Notes: generated by a model not told the origin, from the sequence alone. 64,000 bases of DNA from Lepidodermella squamata (GCA_047495785.1 JBLDXI010000003.1:2542001-2606000), one strand, 5' to 3'. Numbered from the stretch's first letter, positions 38,301 to 50,304 are shown. A program made the numbers and translations.

Positions 38301-41300
38301 CCGGCAATTGCGGACTTGCGTCATGTTACGTTGTATCAGATTGAACGAGTCTTTTTCGCTAGAAATTATACGGCTGGTCTACTTTCAGCGCCTTCGTTTA
38401 GAATATGCCAGGTATTTTTCTAGAATTTTAATTTTGATTTTTTAGTGGGTCTCAATCTTTGCACCACTAAAATTGAGGCATTACTAAATTTTCCCAATTA
38501 TTTTTATCTGGGCTTTTTCTTGACTTTGGTTGGGCTCGATGATGAATGAATTGGGATTCTAAGGAAGACCTAAAACTCGGAAAATTCATTTGGGAAAATC
38601 TAGGGATGGAATCTTCAATTTATTGCCGGAAACCTAATTTTTCCACTTTTTTGGGGAAAATTAGCTAAAATAATTTTTTAAATTTCTACTTCCAGGAAAC
38701 TGATGAAAGATTTGCGCAGCATGTTGCTCGACTTTCGGTTGTTTTAACGGCCGATCATCCTGCTTTGGCCTTGCCTCAGCAACTTCACCGTGACGTGCCA
38801 TGGCCGGCCGTTCAGTACCATATTCGGCAAATGGGGGCTGCGAGACACCCTCTAGATAAAGCCGCCTGTCTTTGCGACGCAATTACGTCACTGAGTCGTC
38901 TTCTCTCGCTTGCTCTGCAAGGTTTGTAACAAAAACTGTTTTTAATGTCAACTTTCTCAATTGAACTTTTAGGATTTTTTATTTTAGTTGCTCGGAATTT
39001 ACAGAGGAATTTCGTAGCAAAATTTCAGAACTTCTTAAATTTTGAATTTTTTGAATCTTGATTCAGCCTCTTAGCGGCGAGGCCTTCAACCTTCAACAGG
39101 AAATTTGTTCGAATTTTATTATCATTCAAACTTTTGGGCAGGCGATGCGTTCAAAATCAAAATCTTCGTGGCTCAAGTCAATTGACACAGAATACAGTTC
39201 TTTGCTTGAGACCGGAACTATCAAGGAAATCAAAAATTCTGAAATTCCGAAAGATGTCGAAATTGTGGATACAAAATGGGTTCTCAGAAAGAAAAGAAAT
39301 GCCCAAGGGAACATTCTCAAGAAAAGGCACAACTTGTAGCAAGGGGTTTTCTTCAAGTTACCTCATTTTCCGAAACATACTCGCCAACTGCCTCGCTAAC
39401 TATAATTGGACTTTTGATTATGTTTGCGGTAGTAAATGGTTGGAAAATCCGGGGTGTTGATTTTGTGACTGCCTATCTCAACGCTTATTTGCCTGAAAAT
39501 GAGAAAGTTTACGTTTCAATCCCAGCCCCGTATTCGAAGCCAGGCTATTCGTGGAAATTAATAACAAGTTTTACGGCTTGCGCTCGAGTGCGCGCAATTG
39601 GTATTTCTGTTTGAGAGATCATCTTTGCAAAATTGGATGGAAGCCATGTCAATCTGAACCTTGTCTTTTCTTCTACTTTTCTGGAACTGAACTTATCGCG
39701 GCATGTGCATTTTTTGTGGATGATTTTTTGACTGTTGGTCGAACTGATGAGATAATTGATGCAAGAATTGCAGAATTGAAAGCAAAATTCAAAATTGTTG
39801 AGATGCAAGAATTGAATCTCTTACTTGGAATATCAATCAAAATTGGACCAAATTTCGTTGCTCTCAATCAGTCTCATTACATCGAAAAAATCATTGAGAA
39901 ATTTGGATTGAAGGAATTACAACCTTGCAAAATTCCTCTTGACCCAAATGTGAATTTTTTACCGAATTCTGGAACTTGCGCTAATGATGACAGAAAGTTT
40001 TTTCAATCTTTAATTGGAAGTTTGAATTATTTGGCTATTGCAACTCGACCAGACATTTCTTTCGCAATCAGTGAATTATCGAAATTTCTTTGTAATCCTA
40101 CTGGGGATCTTTTTCGCGAAGAAGATTGCATGCATATTGACTTTGGTCTGATTTTTTCTCGCAACGAAAACGAAAAAATAACTGGTTTTTGTGCTGCAAG
40201 TTACGCTGGCGATTTAATTTCGAGGAAATCGCAAAGTGGTTTTTGCTATAAACTCGGTGGCGCTGTTTTTAGCTGGACTAGCAAAAGGCAAGAAACGATT
40301 GCATTGGCGACTTGCGCGCTAGAGGCTGTGTGGTTATCTCGTATTTTTCTCGATCTTCGAATGATAATTTCTCCGATAACGATTTTCTGTGACTCGCGCT
40401 CAGCTATTTGCATTTCGCAAAATCCTATTTCTTCGAGAAAAGTGAAGCATATTGAAGTGAAACATCACTAAATTCGCGAGCTTTGCGATAACAAAACTAT
40501 TGAAGTCAAATGGGTAAAATCGGCTGATCAAGTTGCTGATTTGCTTACCAAAGCGTTACCATATCTGCAATTTGAAAATCTTCGTGCAAAAATGGGAGTA
40601 CGTTCAACAAAATTTAACAATCTTTTATTATCAGTCACTCTCTTCGCTTTATTCTCGTTATCATGTGGGCAAAGTATTCAAACATCCAGTTTGACTTTGG
40701 TCAGCAAGATAAACATTACAAATGCCGAAAAGGCAGAAAGCGCCATGACCGCCAATAATTCGGTAATTGTCTTAACGATCGATGATTTGTCCTTGGCTGA
40801 TTCGATGAATGATCAAAATGTCCCAAAATTTAAACGTTGGCTTCTAAAACCAAATTGTGACGCTGATTATCCTCGAAAAATAATAGCTCAATGCACAATG
40901 GGTTTGGTAAACACACAATCTTGATTCAGCCTCTTAGCGGCGAGGCCTTCAACCTGCAACTGGAAATTTGTTCGAATTTTATTATCATTTACTTGAATTT
41001 CGGGGATGAATAACTCGAGCAATGACTTTCCATATTTCATCAAATAATAATAATAGTCGTTCGTGTCTACTGTTTTTCGAAACTCCAAAAATGGTCCAAA
41101 AAGAGGCAATTATCCGAGGGCGCTATTATTTATTGGCAATTGGCTAATTTCACCATCGCAAGTCGTTTGCGCTGTTGACTTCTCGGTTGTCTGACCCACG
41201 CTGCTAATAAATCCTCGGCATCCGTTATCCGTAAAATTTGCAGTTTAAGGCTACGCAATTGGGCATGGTAGAATAGTAATTCTAATTTCTATTCCTCCAT

Positions 41301-42984
41301 GCAATCGGGGCTGCTTCGTCCCTCCTCCAGCGCGCAACCTGCTTCAGATTGGCATGGCGTGACCATCATTGAGGGATGCTATTAATCGATGAAATACGGT
41401 AATCACATATGGTCCCAGTGTAGGTCCCACTGTTTAATTTCAGTCAGTTGCATTGACGCTATTCCGAGAAAAGTTTTCCAGTCAAAATGCCTAGTTGGTT
41501 GAGATGGCGCTGGAACGTCGACGATATGAAAGATTTGCAGGTGCTCGAATAAGGACCTAGGCTAGCAAAGCAGTTGGCGACGCTTCGTAGATGATGAGTA
41601 TGATGATGGGGAAGTTAGTTGCGAGTATGCCTCGCCATTTGCGTTTTAATGGCTGGCGGCGAGGATAGCGATTTATCCACGGATATGAATTTGGCCAGGA
41701 TTTTATTCATCTGCCTCTTCGTTAAAAAAGTGGTGGAACCATGAAACACATTGCTGCGCGTTCACCATCACTCACCATCACTTTCCATCAGATCATTACA
41801 CCATTACACCATCACTTCCCGTCGTAGCCCTTCTTCCTTCGAAGACGTTTTAAAGTCAGACCTGGGTTACTATATATCTCATATATCCCATGGGATGTTT
41901 CCCAATTTCGGCACTTTCGCGGGTCTTTTGGTGCCAGGTCAACTTCAAAGGGGCGCCTAGCGGTTCTGGTATCATAACACAATTATACAGAACTATTCAA
42001 ATTTGCGAATTATTTACCTGGTCTTCGTCAGCCCCTCGCGGAACTCGACGTATTCGCCCTTTTGGTCCTCGCACCAACTGGCCGAAGTTGCACTTGGCCC
42101 ACTCCGTCTTGCCCCGGGTTCCAAAATGTTGCATCCCAAGAAACCAGACCGTCCGCAACAGGACTACAGCCGGGCTGTAGCCGAGCATGCCGGTCGTCAT
42201 CATGACAAACACGTCGTTCGCCACGAGGCACTCGGCCTTGTTGGGCTTCAGGCCTAAGCCTGCCCCCTTGGCCTCCTTGCACTTCGCGCGAATTGTGGCG
42301 CGTAGGATGGCAAAGTCGGGATGGGCGATCGCGGAAATAACGATTGCATTGATGTGGTGGAGGTGGAATGTTGGTGGTCGTTTCGGAGCCCGAAAATTCG
42401 GACTGCGGGTAGCCCCTCTCCATGGTCTAGGGAAGTATCCTTTCAGTTGATCAATATACTAGTAAAATTCTCTGAAACTGACAAAAGACCACGTGATTCC
42501 TAAGAACTTCATGGTAATCGATGGTAGGCCAAAATTGGAGGCCTATAACCTATGTCTATAAATAAAGGTCGTTCCTTGGGGATTAATCACTCGATTCTCG
42601 AATATTTCGAATTATTTTCGTTAGTTGAAATTTGATTCGGCGGAAATTAGACCCTTCTATCGATTTTTTCCAAGATTTTTCTCTTGAATTTATTATTTTT
42701 ATTTTTAAGGTGGACCAGTTTCGTCGGACCACCAGCTTCCAGCCTTGGTGCTAGTTTTAGTTCGCGCTAATACGCCACATCTTATCTCGACGAGAACGTA
42801 CATCCAGACTTTCATCGGCATGGCCGATATTCAATCGATTGTCATTCAATCGACCTCGCCGAACGGAGACGCCCCGGTTCACTGGCCCTGGCGCCACTCG
42901 CCGCAGGTCATGGGCTTCGCTTTCGCCCAGTTTTCAACGGCGATTGCTGCGATTCAGCAACTTATTCAGCAACTTGTTACTTGA
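32395..42984 (+). CDS. GAPVD1: GAPVD1/Gapex-5/RME-6 (RasGAP-like + VPS9 Rab5 GEF), multi-exon
   Basis: Divergent RasGAP-like N-terminus (AIADP, LLGQVANLFQ), SGRATPDVSGRDTPLS, ADILKKY, and a VPS9 domain (PWPAVQ, PLDKAACL, SSDHQLPALVLVLVRAN..LIST..YI) split by intron 38922-42709. Start codon is approximate. Confidence 0.8.
35466..35750 (-). CDS. Nested antisense 79-aa coiled-coil gene inside a GAPVD1 intron; paralogue of 3642-4199
   Basis: Exon 35750-35715 (MPLENNLQFYYE), 45-nt GT-AG intron, exon 35669-35466. About 33/67 identities to the C-terminus of ORF 3642-4199 by manual alignment. Confidence 0.65.
39054..39126 (+). repeat. 73-bp direct repeat, copy 1
   Basis: aatcttgattcagcctcttagcggcgaggccttcaacc...ttttattatcatt; 71/73 identical to 40917-40989. 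Confidence 0.92.
39127..40916 (+). mobile_element. Degenerate Ty1/copia pol fragment (RT + RNase H) with in-frame env-like extension
   Basis: DTKWVLRKK, LVARGF, ETYSP, DFVTAYLNA, YGLRSSARNW, FFVDD, IGSLNYLAIATRPDI, SWTSKRQ, CDSRSAI, KHIEVK, QVADLLTK. Contains frameshifts and a stop; gag, protease and integrase are absent. Confidence 0.9.
40917..40989 (+). repeat. 73-bp direct repeat, copy 2
   Basis: Matches 39054-39126 with two substitutions. Confidence 0.92.
41856..42360 (-). mobile_element. Crypton-like (DUF3504 tyrosine-recombinase family) remnant
   Basis: Minus-strand translation HPDFAILRATIRAKCKEAKGAGLGLKPNKAE...MLGYSPAVVLLRTVWFLGMQHFGTRGKTEW, and further on IGKHPMG, match the DUF3504/Crypton pattern (AK.KEL...G.G.KPN.A...LG..SP..LL.TVWF....HFG.RG). 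The frame is interrupted. Confidence 0.7.
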
Positions 42985-43364
42985 AATCTTCAAATGCCGA
43001 CGAATTTTGAATAAAAATAGCCTCACCTAAACCCGTGTGACTCGATTGATCGAAACTAAGTCAAATTGTATTAATATAAATTTTCGTTTCTCGAACAAGT
43101 ATTATCGAACGACGTCTGTGTTTTTTTTGTGAACAATTTTCAAGTAATTTTTTTTTGAGTTCTCAAGTCCTCAGGTTGTTCATAATTAAATTTGTGTTGT
43201 CGAATAATCGATATATGAATATCTCCTAGAGATACCAAAAGTGATATATGTCGAGTGCATGTGCTGTCTATTCAATTGAAAAACAACAACAATGCTTCCC
43301 TTCATAATCATGCAAAAATTTAATAAAAATTTGTCTATCACCCGTGGTTTTTCTTGATATAGTA

Positions 43365-46300
43365 ATGTTTGTGATTAGACAAAGTTGTCAACAGTTATTG
43401 ATACTCAAGAAGGGCCGTGAGCCTGTTTCAGCGGCGATTTTCCAGGCTCTACGGCGGTTTTGCGATAAAAAAACTGGGTCGCTGAAAAATGGGAAGGTTC
43501 ACTTGAATGTTGGCACTATTGGCCATGTCGATCATGGGAAAACAACGCTGACTAGCGCTATCACACGGGTCGCCTCAAAGCATGGTCTAGCTAGATTTTG
43601 TTCATATGAGGTATAATTGAATGAAAAATGAATAAAATTCCGAAATTGTGCGATTTATCCGGTTTTTTCAGGATATCGACCGGGCTGAGGAAGAAAGAAG
43701 GCGTGGTATCACAATTAACGCTACTCATGTAGAGTATGCGACGAAATCGCGGCACTATGCGCACACTGATTGCCCTGGTCACGTTGATTTCGTGAAAAAT
43801 ATGCTCACAGGCGCCGCTCAAATGGACGCCGCTGTTCTAGTCATCGGTAGGTTGAAATTGTTCACCCAAAAAATTCACAAATTCACTATATTTTTCGGAA
43901 TTATTTGGTATTTTACGAATATTTTGTGGTAATTTACCCGGTAATACCCGAAAAAATCCCGTTCGGTATTATTCAAAAATTTTTGGAATTTTTTGTGATA
44001 TTAAGCATTTTTTTTTTAATTTTTATTTTAGCTGCAACCGATGGTCAGATGCCTCAGACCAGGGAGCACTTGCTGCTCGCGAAACACGCCGGTGTTCGCG
44101 ATATCGTTGTTTTCATCAACAAATCCGACGCAGTGTCCCCAGATTTGATCGAACTAGTCGAACTCGAAGCCCGAGAATTGTTGACCAGCTACGGTTTTGA
44201 CGGCGAAAACGCTCGAGTTATTCATGGATCAGCCCTTCTTGCGATGAAGGGTGAACGGGAAAACGACCTGGGCGCTGCTTCGATCGAAAAATTACTCGAA
44301 GCCCTAGACGCGCTACCCGCCCCGCCTCGAAATTCAGACGCGCCGTTTTTGTTACCGATTGAAAGCGCGTTGCATGTCGCAAATCGCGGCACAGTAGTTC
44401 TAGGCACCCTGAAAAGAGGTCGGTTGACTAAAGGCGCGTTAGCTGAGGTCGTCGGGGCTGGGCTGAGGATTAAAACCAGCGTTTCCGATCTGCAGGTCTT
44501 TCATCGCTCGGTGGATGCTGTTGAGGCGGGTGAGCATTTTGGCGCGTTGATTCGGGGTGGGATTCGGCCGGAGCAAGTCGAGCGTGGCATGGTATTGGCA
44601 CCCCGCGAACCGCCGATGAAAATGTCGGATCGTCTCACTGCTCGAGTTTATATGTAAGTTACTATGCCATCCAACAGATTATATAAAAATTAGAGCAATA
44701 AAAGAAAATCGATTTCCTATGTATTAGGAAACTTTCACTCAACAGTAGAAGTGCCAAATGTACAGCCTAAATTCTGGGTCACAAGCGGCCAATTTACGAG
44801 CTATATTTCAGCCTCCAGAATCGATATCGATTTACAGTATCGATTTTAAAAATCAGTGATTTTTTCGATTTTACTAGTCTAGGAAGTCCATATTGAAAAT
44901 GATTAAAAATACCTTATGTTTCCAGTTACCAGTTAGCTGAAATATAAATTCCCACGGTTCATAGGGTGCATTTTTATCAATGAAGTTGAGTAAGAAATGT
45001 CAAAAAATCGGGGAAATTTAATGCTTGTGCGCTGAAATTCAGTGGTTGCTATTCTTTTATTTTTTGGAATTTTGAAAATTATTATTATTTTATTTAAAAA
45101 AATTTAATTTTGAAAATTTTGAAAACTTGGTCATTTTTTAATTTGAAATTTTTTAAATGAAATTTTAGGTTGACTGGGCCTGAGGGCGGTCGATCGAGAC
45201 CGATTGCGAGCTCGGGTTACATTCAAATGGTGCATTCTTCAGTCTGGGCTGTTTCCGGTCTCGTTCATCGCATCGCCGATAAGCAAGTCGATGGCGAGAA
45301 AAAACCAGCCGCCGCTGAAGCTGGATCGGCTCAACCGGCTTCTACGATGATCATGCCAGGCGATGTGCTCGACGTTGATGTCACCCTACGCCAGCAGATG
45401 CCGCTGGAAACCGGACAGTTTCTAACTATCCGTGAAAACCAAATCACGGTTTTAACTGGTTTGTTGTCCAAATTTCTTCCTAGCCATGAGTTTTGTTAAA
45501 AACGCATTACCCGATTCACTCTTTTCATCGGACCGAACCCTGAAAGTACAGTCGCGATTAAGTCGTAATTTAACTTAATCGGAAGGCGGTACGAAATTTC
45601 TTGACCCCAACCTGGTCAGCTGTGGTGCCTTTCACGGGACCAGTTTTGGGGCTTACGGGACATGCGGAAGGCCTCGAACTCAACACGAGCCAGGTCAGGG
45701 ACCTTTTTTCAACCAGCTAGGCGAGATTAGGGGCAGTTTCGATTACTCCCGGCTTGAAGTTTTGAAGCTTGTGTCGCAGGCGTTGTTCTTCGGGTTCGTT
45801 GAGCCGCAACTCAAACTTGAAAATACGCTCACCTTGTTCCTTAATGGTTGAAGCTTGTTTGGAATTCTGTTTTTCTAGTTCAGCGAGGCGAGTAAAGAGC
45901 TGATCAAGCTTATCGAGCAGCTTGTTACAGGAGTCGTTTAACTTTTTTCATTTCTCCTAGGTCTTGCAGGCGGTTCCCCAGCGCTGAGCCAAAATGCTCT
46001 CGCGACGGTTGAATCTTTTACCGCTGTTAGCCAGTCCTTGCCGTCAAAGTATTTGAAGGCAAGGGGGAAGTTGCTTGCATTATATTTGAACTGATAGTCA
46101 ACGATAGCAGCTCCTGGAGCTCAGCAATCGAGGGAATGGGAGCTCTACGATTCTCGTATCGTTATCGTAAGATAGCTTAGCCTCTAACAGTTGAGTGATC
46201 TACAAATTACAATAAAATATATCAGCAAAGCTAGAAAAAGATAGCAAGGAGAGATCATTATAACGGCATTGTAGTTTGAGAACTCCTCTTGACTGTCGAG

Positions 46301-47332
46301 CAACTGATTGATCAACGCATTTTGACTGATATTGAGTTCGATGGGCCAGCACTGCTGCTGCAACATTACCATTGTTTTCCAGATACAACGTTACCATTTT
46401 AGCGCGTTGGACCATTTTTGCGGCCAATTATTTGGTTTCGAAAAATATTCTTCTCCTCCTTTCGTCCTATCCAGAAGTACCCAGAAGTTGATGTCTCTGT
46501 CATTCTCGAGCCCGTTTTCATAGACTGAAGGGTCGACGTTTTCGAAATTGGCAGTGCTCAATTGATTTTTGATCATTATTTTCGAATTATTTTCGAAATT
46601 TCAATAAGATTTGTGCGTCATCGTCTGACCTCTCAGAATTTTCAATCACATGAGGCGCCAAAGCCCAGGCGTTGTGGGTTTGAGTAATTTCCAGAATGCC
46701 GAGAAAGCGGTAAAAGTTGTCTGGCCTCGATTGAAGTCCATTTTTTGCGCATTCAAAAAAATCCAATAAAACTGACTGATTTGTCTTGATCTCATTCCAA
46801 AAAATTAAACTTTCGAGGGAAACACTCTTAAAAAATTGGGTGGCTGTGCTCAGACATTTTTGAAAAGGCAGTTCGGACTAATAGTGCAATGGCTTATTCA
46901 TCGATTACACCGGATTTGCGGAGGAGGTCGCCATTTTCATTATAAATTTTGTCGAATTTCAAGAACGCGTCGGCCGCGTTTTTCTTCCGATTTTTTTGTA
47001 TCGTTTCCGGAAGTTTCATCGGAAAATTTGTCTGAGCTTCGCGTCGACAAAAAGGTCCGCGACCAACTTGAAAATAATGTGGAAAATGGATAGAGATGGA
47101 AATAATTATGATTATTATCAAGGCAGAGAATTTTTTGTGATTAATTTCAAATTTTGCTATTATCTTTTTAGGTGTGATAACGTCCGTGGGTGACGAGAAA
47201 CCAGCCGAGCGTATCGTTGGCTTCAACGCACTGCCAACGCGGCCGATGCGAATCGAAGGCAACGCTGGCGCCCGAGCCCGTGCCAAGCAAAAGGAGAAAC
47301 GCCAAACGAAGACGCCTGTCAGCGATAAATAA
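43365..47332 (+). CDS. Mitochondrial elongation factor Tu, divergent (EF-Tu2-like), 5 exons
   Basis: Basic targeting peptide; [33 protein letters not shown]. Intron 45459-47171 joins TVLTG to VITSVG... in frame, ending at TAA 47330-47332. Confidence 0.88.
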
Positions 47333-48185
47333 AACGGAAATAGTATATCGCGCCCCTGAGGACCAAAAATATACAGTGCCATGAATGATTACAATAACAA
47401 AGCGAAAAATAGAAATAAATATTATACTATGCATATAAATAGTGTTTTGTCTTCGTTTTTGGACAATGGCCATCTATAGTCTAGCCTTAATTGTTCCTGG
47501 TCCCAGAGCGGCGGGCGGTCGTGACACGCCTGTAATTGGCACGTAGAAATATCTCATTTTTACTTGTCGTGTTGTTTGCAGATGTGATGAATAGCTGCTG
47601 CCTACGCCCTGAAGGGTGGTGATACAAAGTTTTTTACTCGCATATACCTAGAATTTATAGCGCAGTAGCGGAATTTCTATCGATATCGACCCGCCTCGCA
47701 GGAAAAAACACTCTGGTATACAACAAAGGAAGTTTACTTCTGATCTCATCGTTTTTCGTGACATTTTTAAGACGCCATTTCTCATCCGGCCGCGCGCATA
47801 ATTTATCGCCGAGGTGCCTGTCAGACATGAAAAGTAAACAAAAACCTGAGCGCTTTTTACTAGAAAAATGACATATTTTCACGCGGCTATATGCATAATC
47901 ACGGGGCGCGATTGAATTTTTTGCCTCGTCATGATGGGCGTAGTGTTTTTTCATGACGTGTATATTGGATTAGTCATTGAGGTGCCATTAGAAATTCACT
48001 CGACATAAGCGCTCCCCCTGGATATCGCGTTCGCCCCTCACGTCCGGTCGCTCTTTTGCGCGAATGCCCGAGAAATTTCACGTACATATATAATATAGCC
48101 TCCTCGGTTTCTGCAAACATTGTGCGCTTTTTAATAACACTATTCATTACCATATTTTTGAATCTGTAGAAAGTTGAATCTTACA

Positions 48186-48689
48186 ATGCTACGAGTCCTT
48201 GCTATTTATGTCTGTTTAAGCGTTGCAGTCCTGTCCAGCTCAATCACGGAAGCTCGATTTCGAAGGAAAACGTACACTGGTCAGTTTCAGAACTACCATT
48301 TCTAGCGAAATTTTGAATTCAATTTTTTAGTTGGACTGCGATTTGGCGACCCTTCGCGAAGATATCAGGAGAATAATGTAGCGCCACCTGATAGCGACTC
48401 TGTGATAATAATGGAACCTCCAATTTCCACTGACGATTTAATCGCAGCTGCCGATGCGATTTCCGACGCGGATAACGACAAGCGAACGAGTGGATTCAGC
48501 GCGGCTTACTTTCCAGGTCAAATGGCTGTCATTGAAAGTTGCGCTGGTCACGGCCAACCCTGTACCCGAGGTCGGTCTGTTGGCATCCTCGGCGCTAGAA
48601 CTTGCTGTCCTGGTCTCATTTGCGCGTCAAAGTCGTTCTCAATGCTAAGCGGTCACTCAGTCTGCTATCCTGATACAAGAATCAATTAA
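48186..48689 (+). CDS. Secreted precursor A: signal peptide, GLRFG motif, acidic spacer, 6-Cys knottin (ICK-like)
   Basis: MLRVLAIYVCLSVAVLSSSITEA-RFRRKTYT|VGLRFG (intron 48280-48330); C-terminal C-x6-C-x13-CC-x4-C-x13-C. Confidence 0.85.
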
Positions 48690-49798
48690 ACAACCTGGGT
48701 TCTAAGTCATTATTTTTCATCTATAGGAATCCTATTTTAAATTATGTTCAACGATTGCAACTTTTTGTAGATGATAGATGAATAATGAAAATTTTGGACG
48801 TGCCAAGCACGGGGTGTGAAATTAATTGATGATTCATCTATATGTTAGTTCTGAGTTCCTGTAGTCTCTAGGATTTATTATTTTAAATTGCTGCCATTAT
48901 GGTAATGGCACAATCGCGAGAGTCTGTTTCCGCCCTGTCTTCGGCTACTTTGATGTCAAACATACGCCTTCCTCATAAAAATCGTATTGATTTTTGATAA
49001 TGACTTACTGATGTTTCAACTTTCGGCACAGAAAGACGTGAAAAGAAAATAATAAAATATTTTACTTTTGTATGAATACAAATTTTGATCGCGAACTTGC
49101 GGTCCGCCTGCATTGTTACAATAGTATCAATCAATTTCCGCTGGCCATTTCCACGCGACCCACCTGGCCGGAAGAAGGTGATTTTCATCAAAAATCAGGT
49201 TTAACTTCTACGTTGAATTTTGATCCCCATTTTTGCTCTTGGGACAATTTATGTCTGTTTCGACACGCCTAACAATTGATTAAACTGATTATTCATGCTT
49301 TTAATGAACGACGCTAGCCTGACAATTAATTGCTGGTCTGACTATTGTCCATTGCAGAATTTCGAATGAGAGGGAAGTGCTCAGCCTGTGCTGCTATAAA
49401 AGGCGCATAAAACTCATGAAAACCCTCAGGTTTCGGATTTTGCGAGGATTCAAATTTAAATCCTGGGCAAAATTCCACGCGATCAATCTCCGCACTATTT
49501 ACATCTCATTTAAATTGCGGATAATTCCGGCCATTGTCTGGGGGCATGGGCGTTGCCGAAGAATATCGCTACGCGATCGATGGAGGGCTAATTTGATTTT
49601 CGCATATTATGCCAAGTTTTTTTGATAATGATTTGCTATTTATTAGATGGTCATTTGCTCCGTCTTTTATGTCGATTACTTGCTTATTTATTTCCTCTGG
49701 TTAATCAACTGAACATGTATATTGGCGATCAGAAAACCTTTTCAGTACCAGACTTACTCCGCTCTTCATTAATTTTAGGTTTTATCTGTAATCTGAAG

Positions 49799-50304
49799 AT
49801 GATAACATCCTATTTGACTCGCAATCAATTATCAATATGTTTTGTCGCATTGCTTCTTAATTTGTATTATGCCGACGCTGGTAATTTCAGAAGAAGTAAG
49901 AACATCTTAAATATCAGTACCTAAGCATTTTACTATATTGAAATCTATGACTAGTTGGTCTTAGATTCGGCAACTTGAAGCCATCGGCTACCACAGCTGC
50001 CATTCCCGTTCCAAGCGAACGAGAAATAGACTTGCTGGAAGCCGCAGCAGAAAACATGGCTGCCCAAACAGATGATGACCACAACTTCACCCAGGTAATG
50101 GATGATACCAGTGCCGCAATCAGCGATATGTTTGGTCAGCGCTACGGTCCGTCTGTAATTGCTACGTGTTCGAATGTTGGGCAGGCCTGTACGCGAGGCT
50201 CGTGGGGTGGAGTAATGCTGTCGAGGCAGTGCTGCAGAGGACTTCGCTGTGTATCCAAGCATTCTTCAATGCTGACTGGGAAATCTTTCTGTCGAGCAGC
50301 TTAA
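49799..50304 (+). CDS. Secreted precursor B: paralogue with GLRFG motif and 6-Cys knottin
   Basis: MITSYLTRNQLSICFVALLLNLYYADA-GNFRR|IGLRFG (intron 49896-49954, same phase and position as in A); identical cysteine spacing. Confidence 0.85.

Noticed and set aside
45459-45499. EF-Tu ending at [12 protein letters not shown]
   Set aside because: Most likely intron read-through; the exon at 47172 supplies the canonical GVIT ending in frame.
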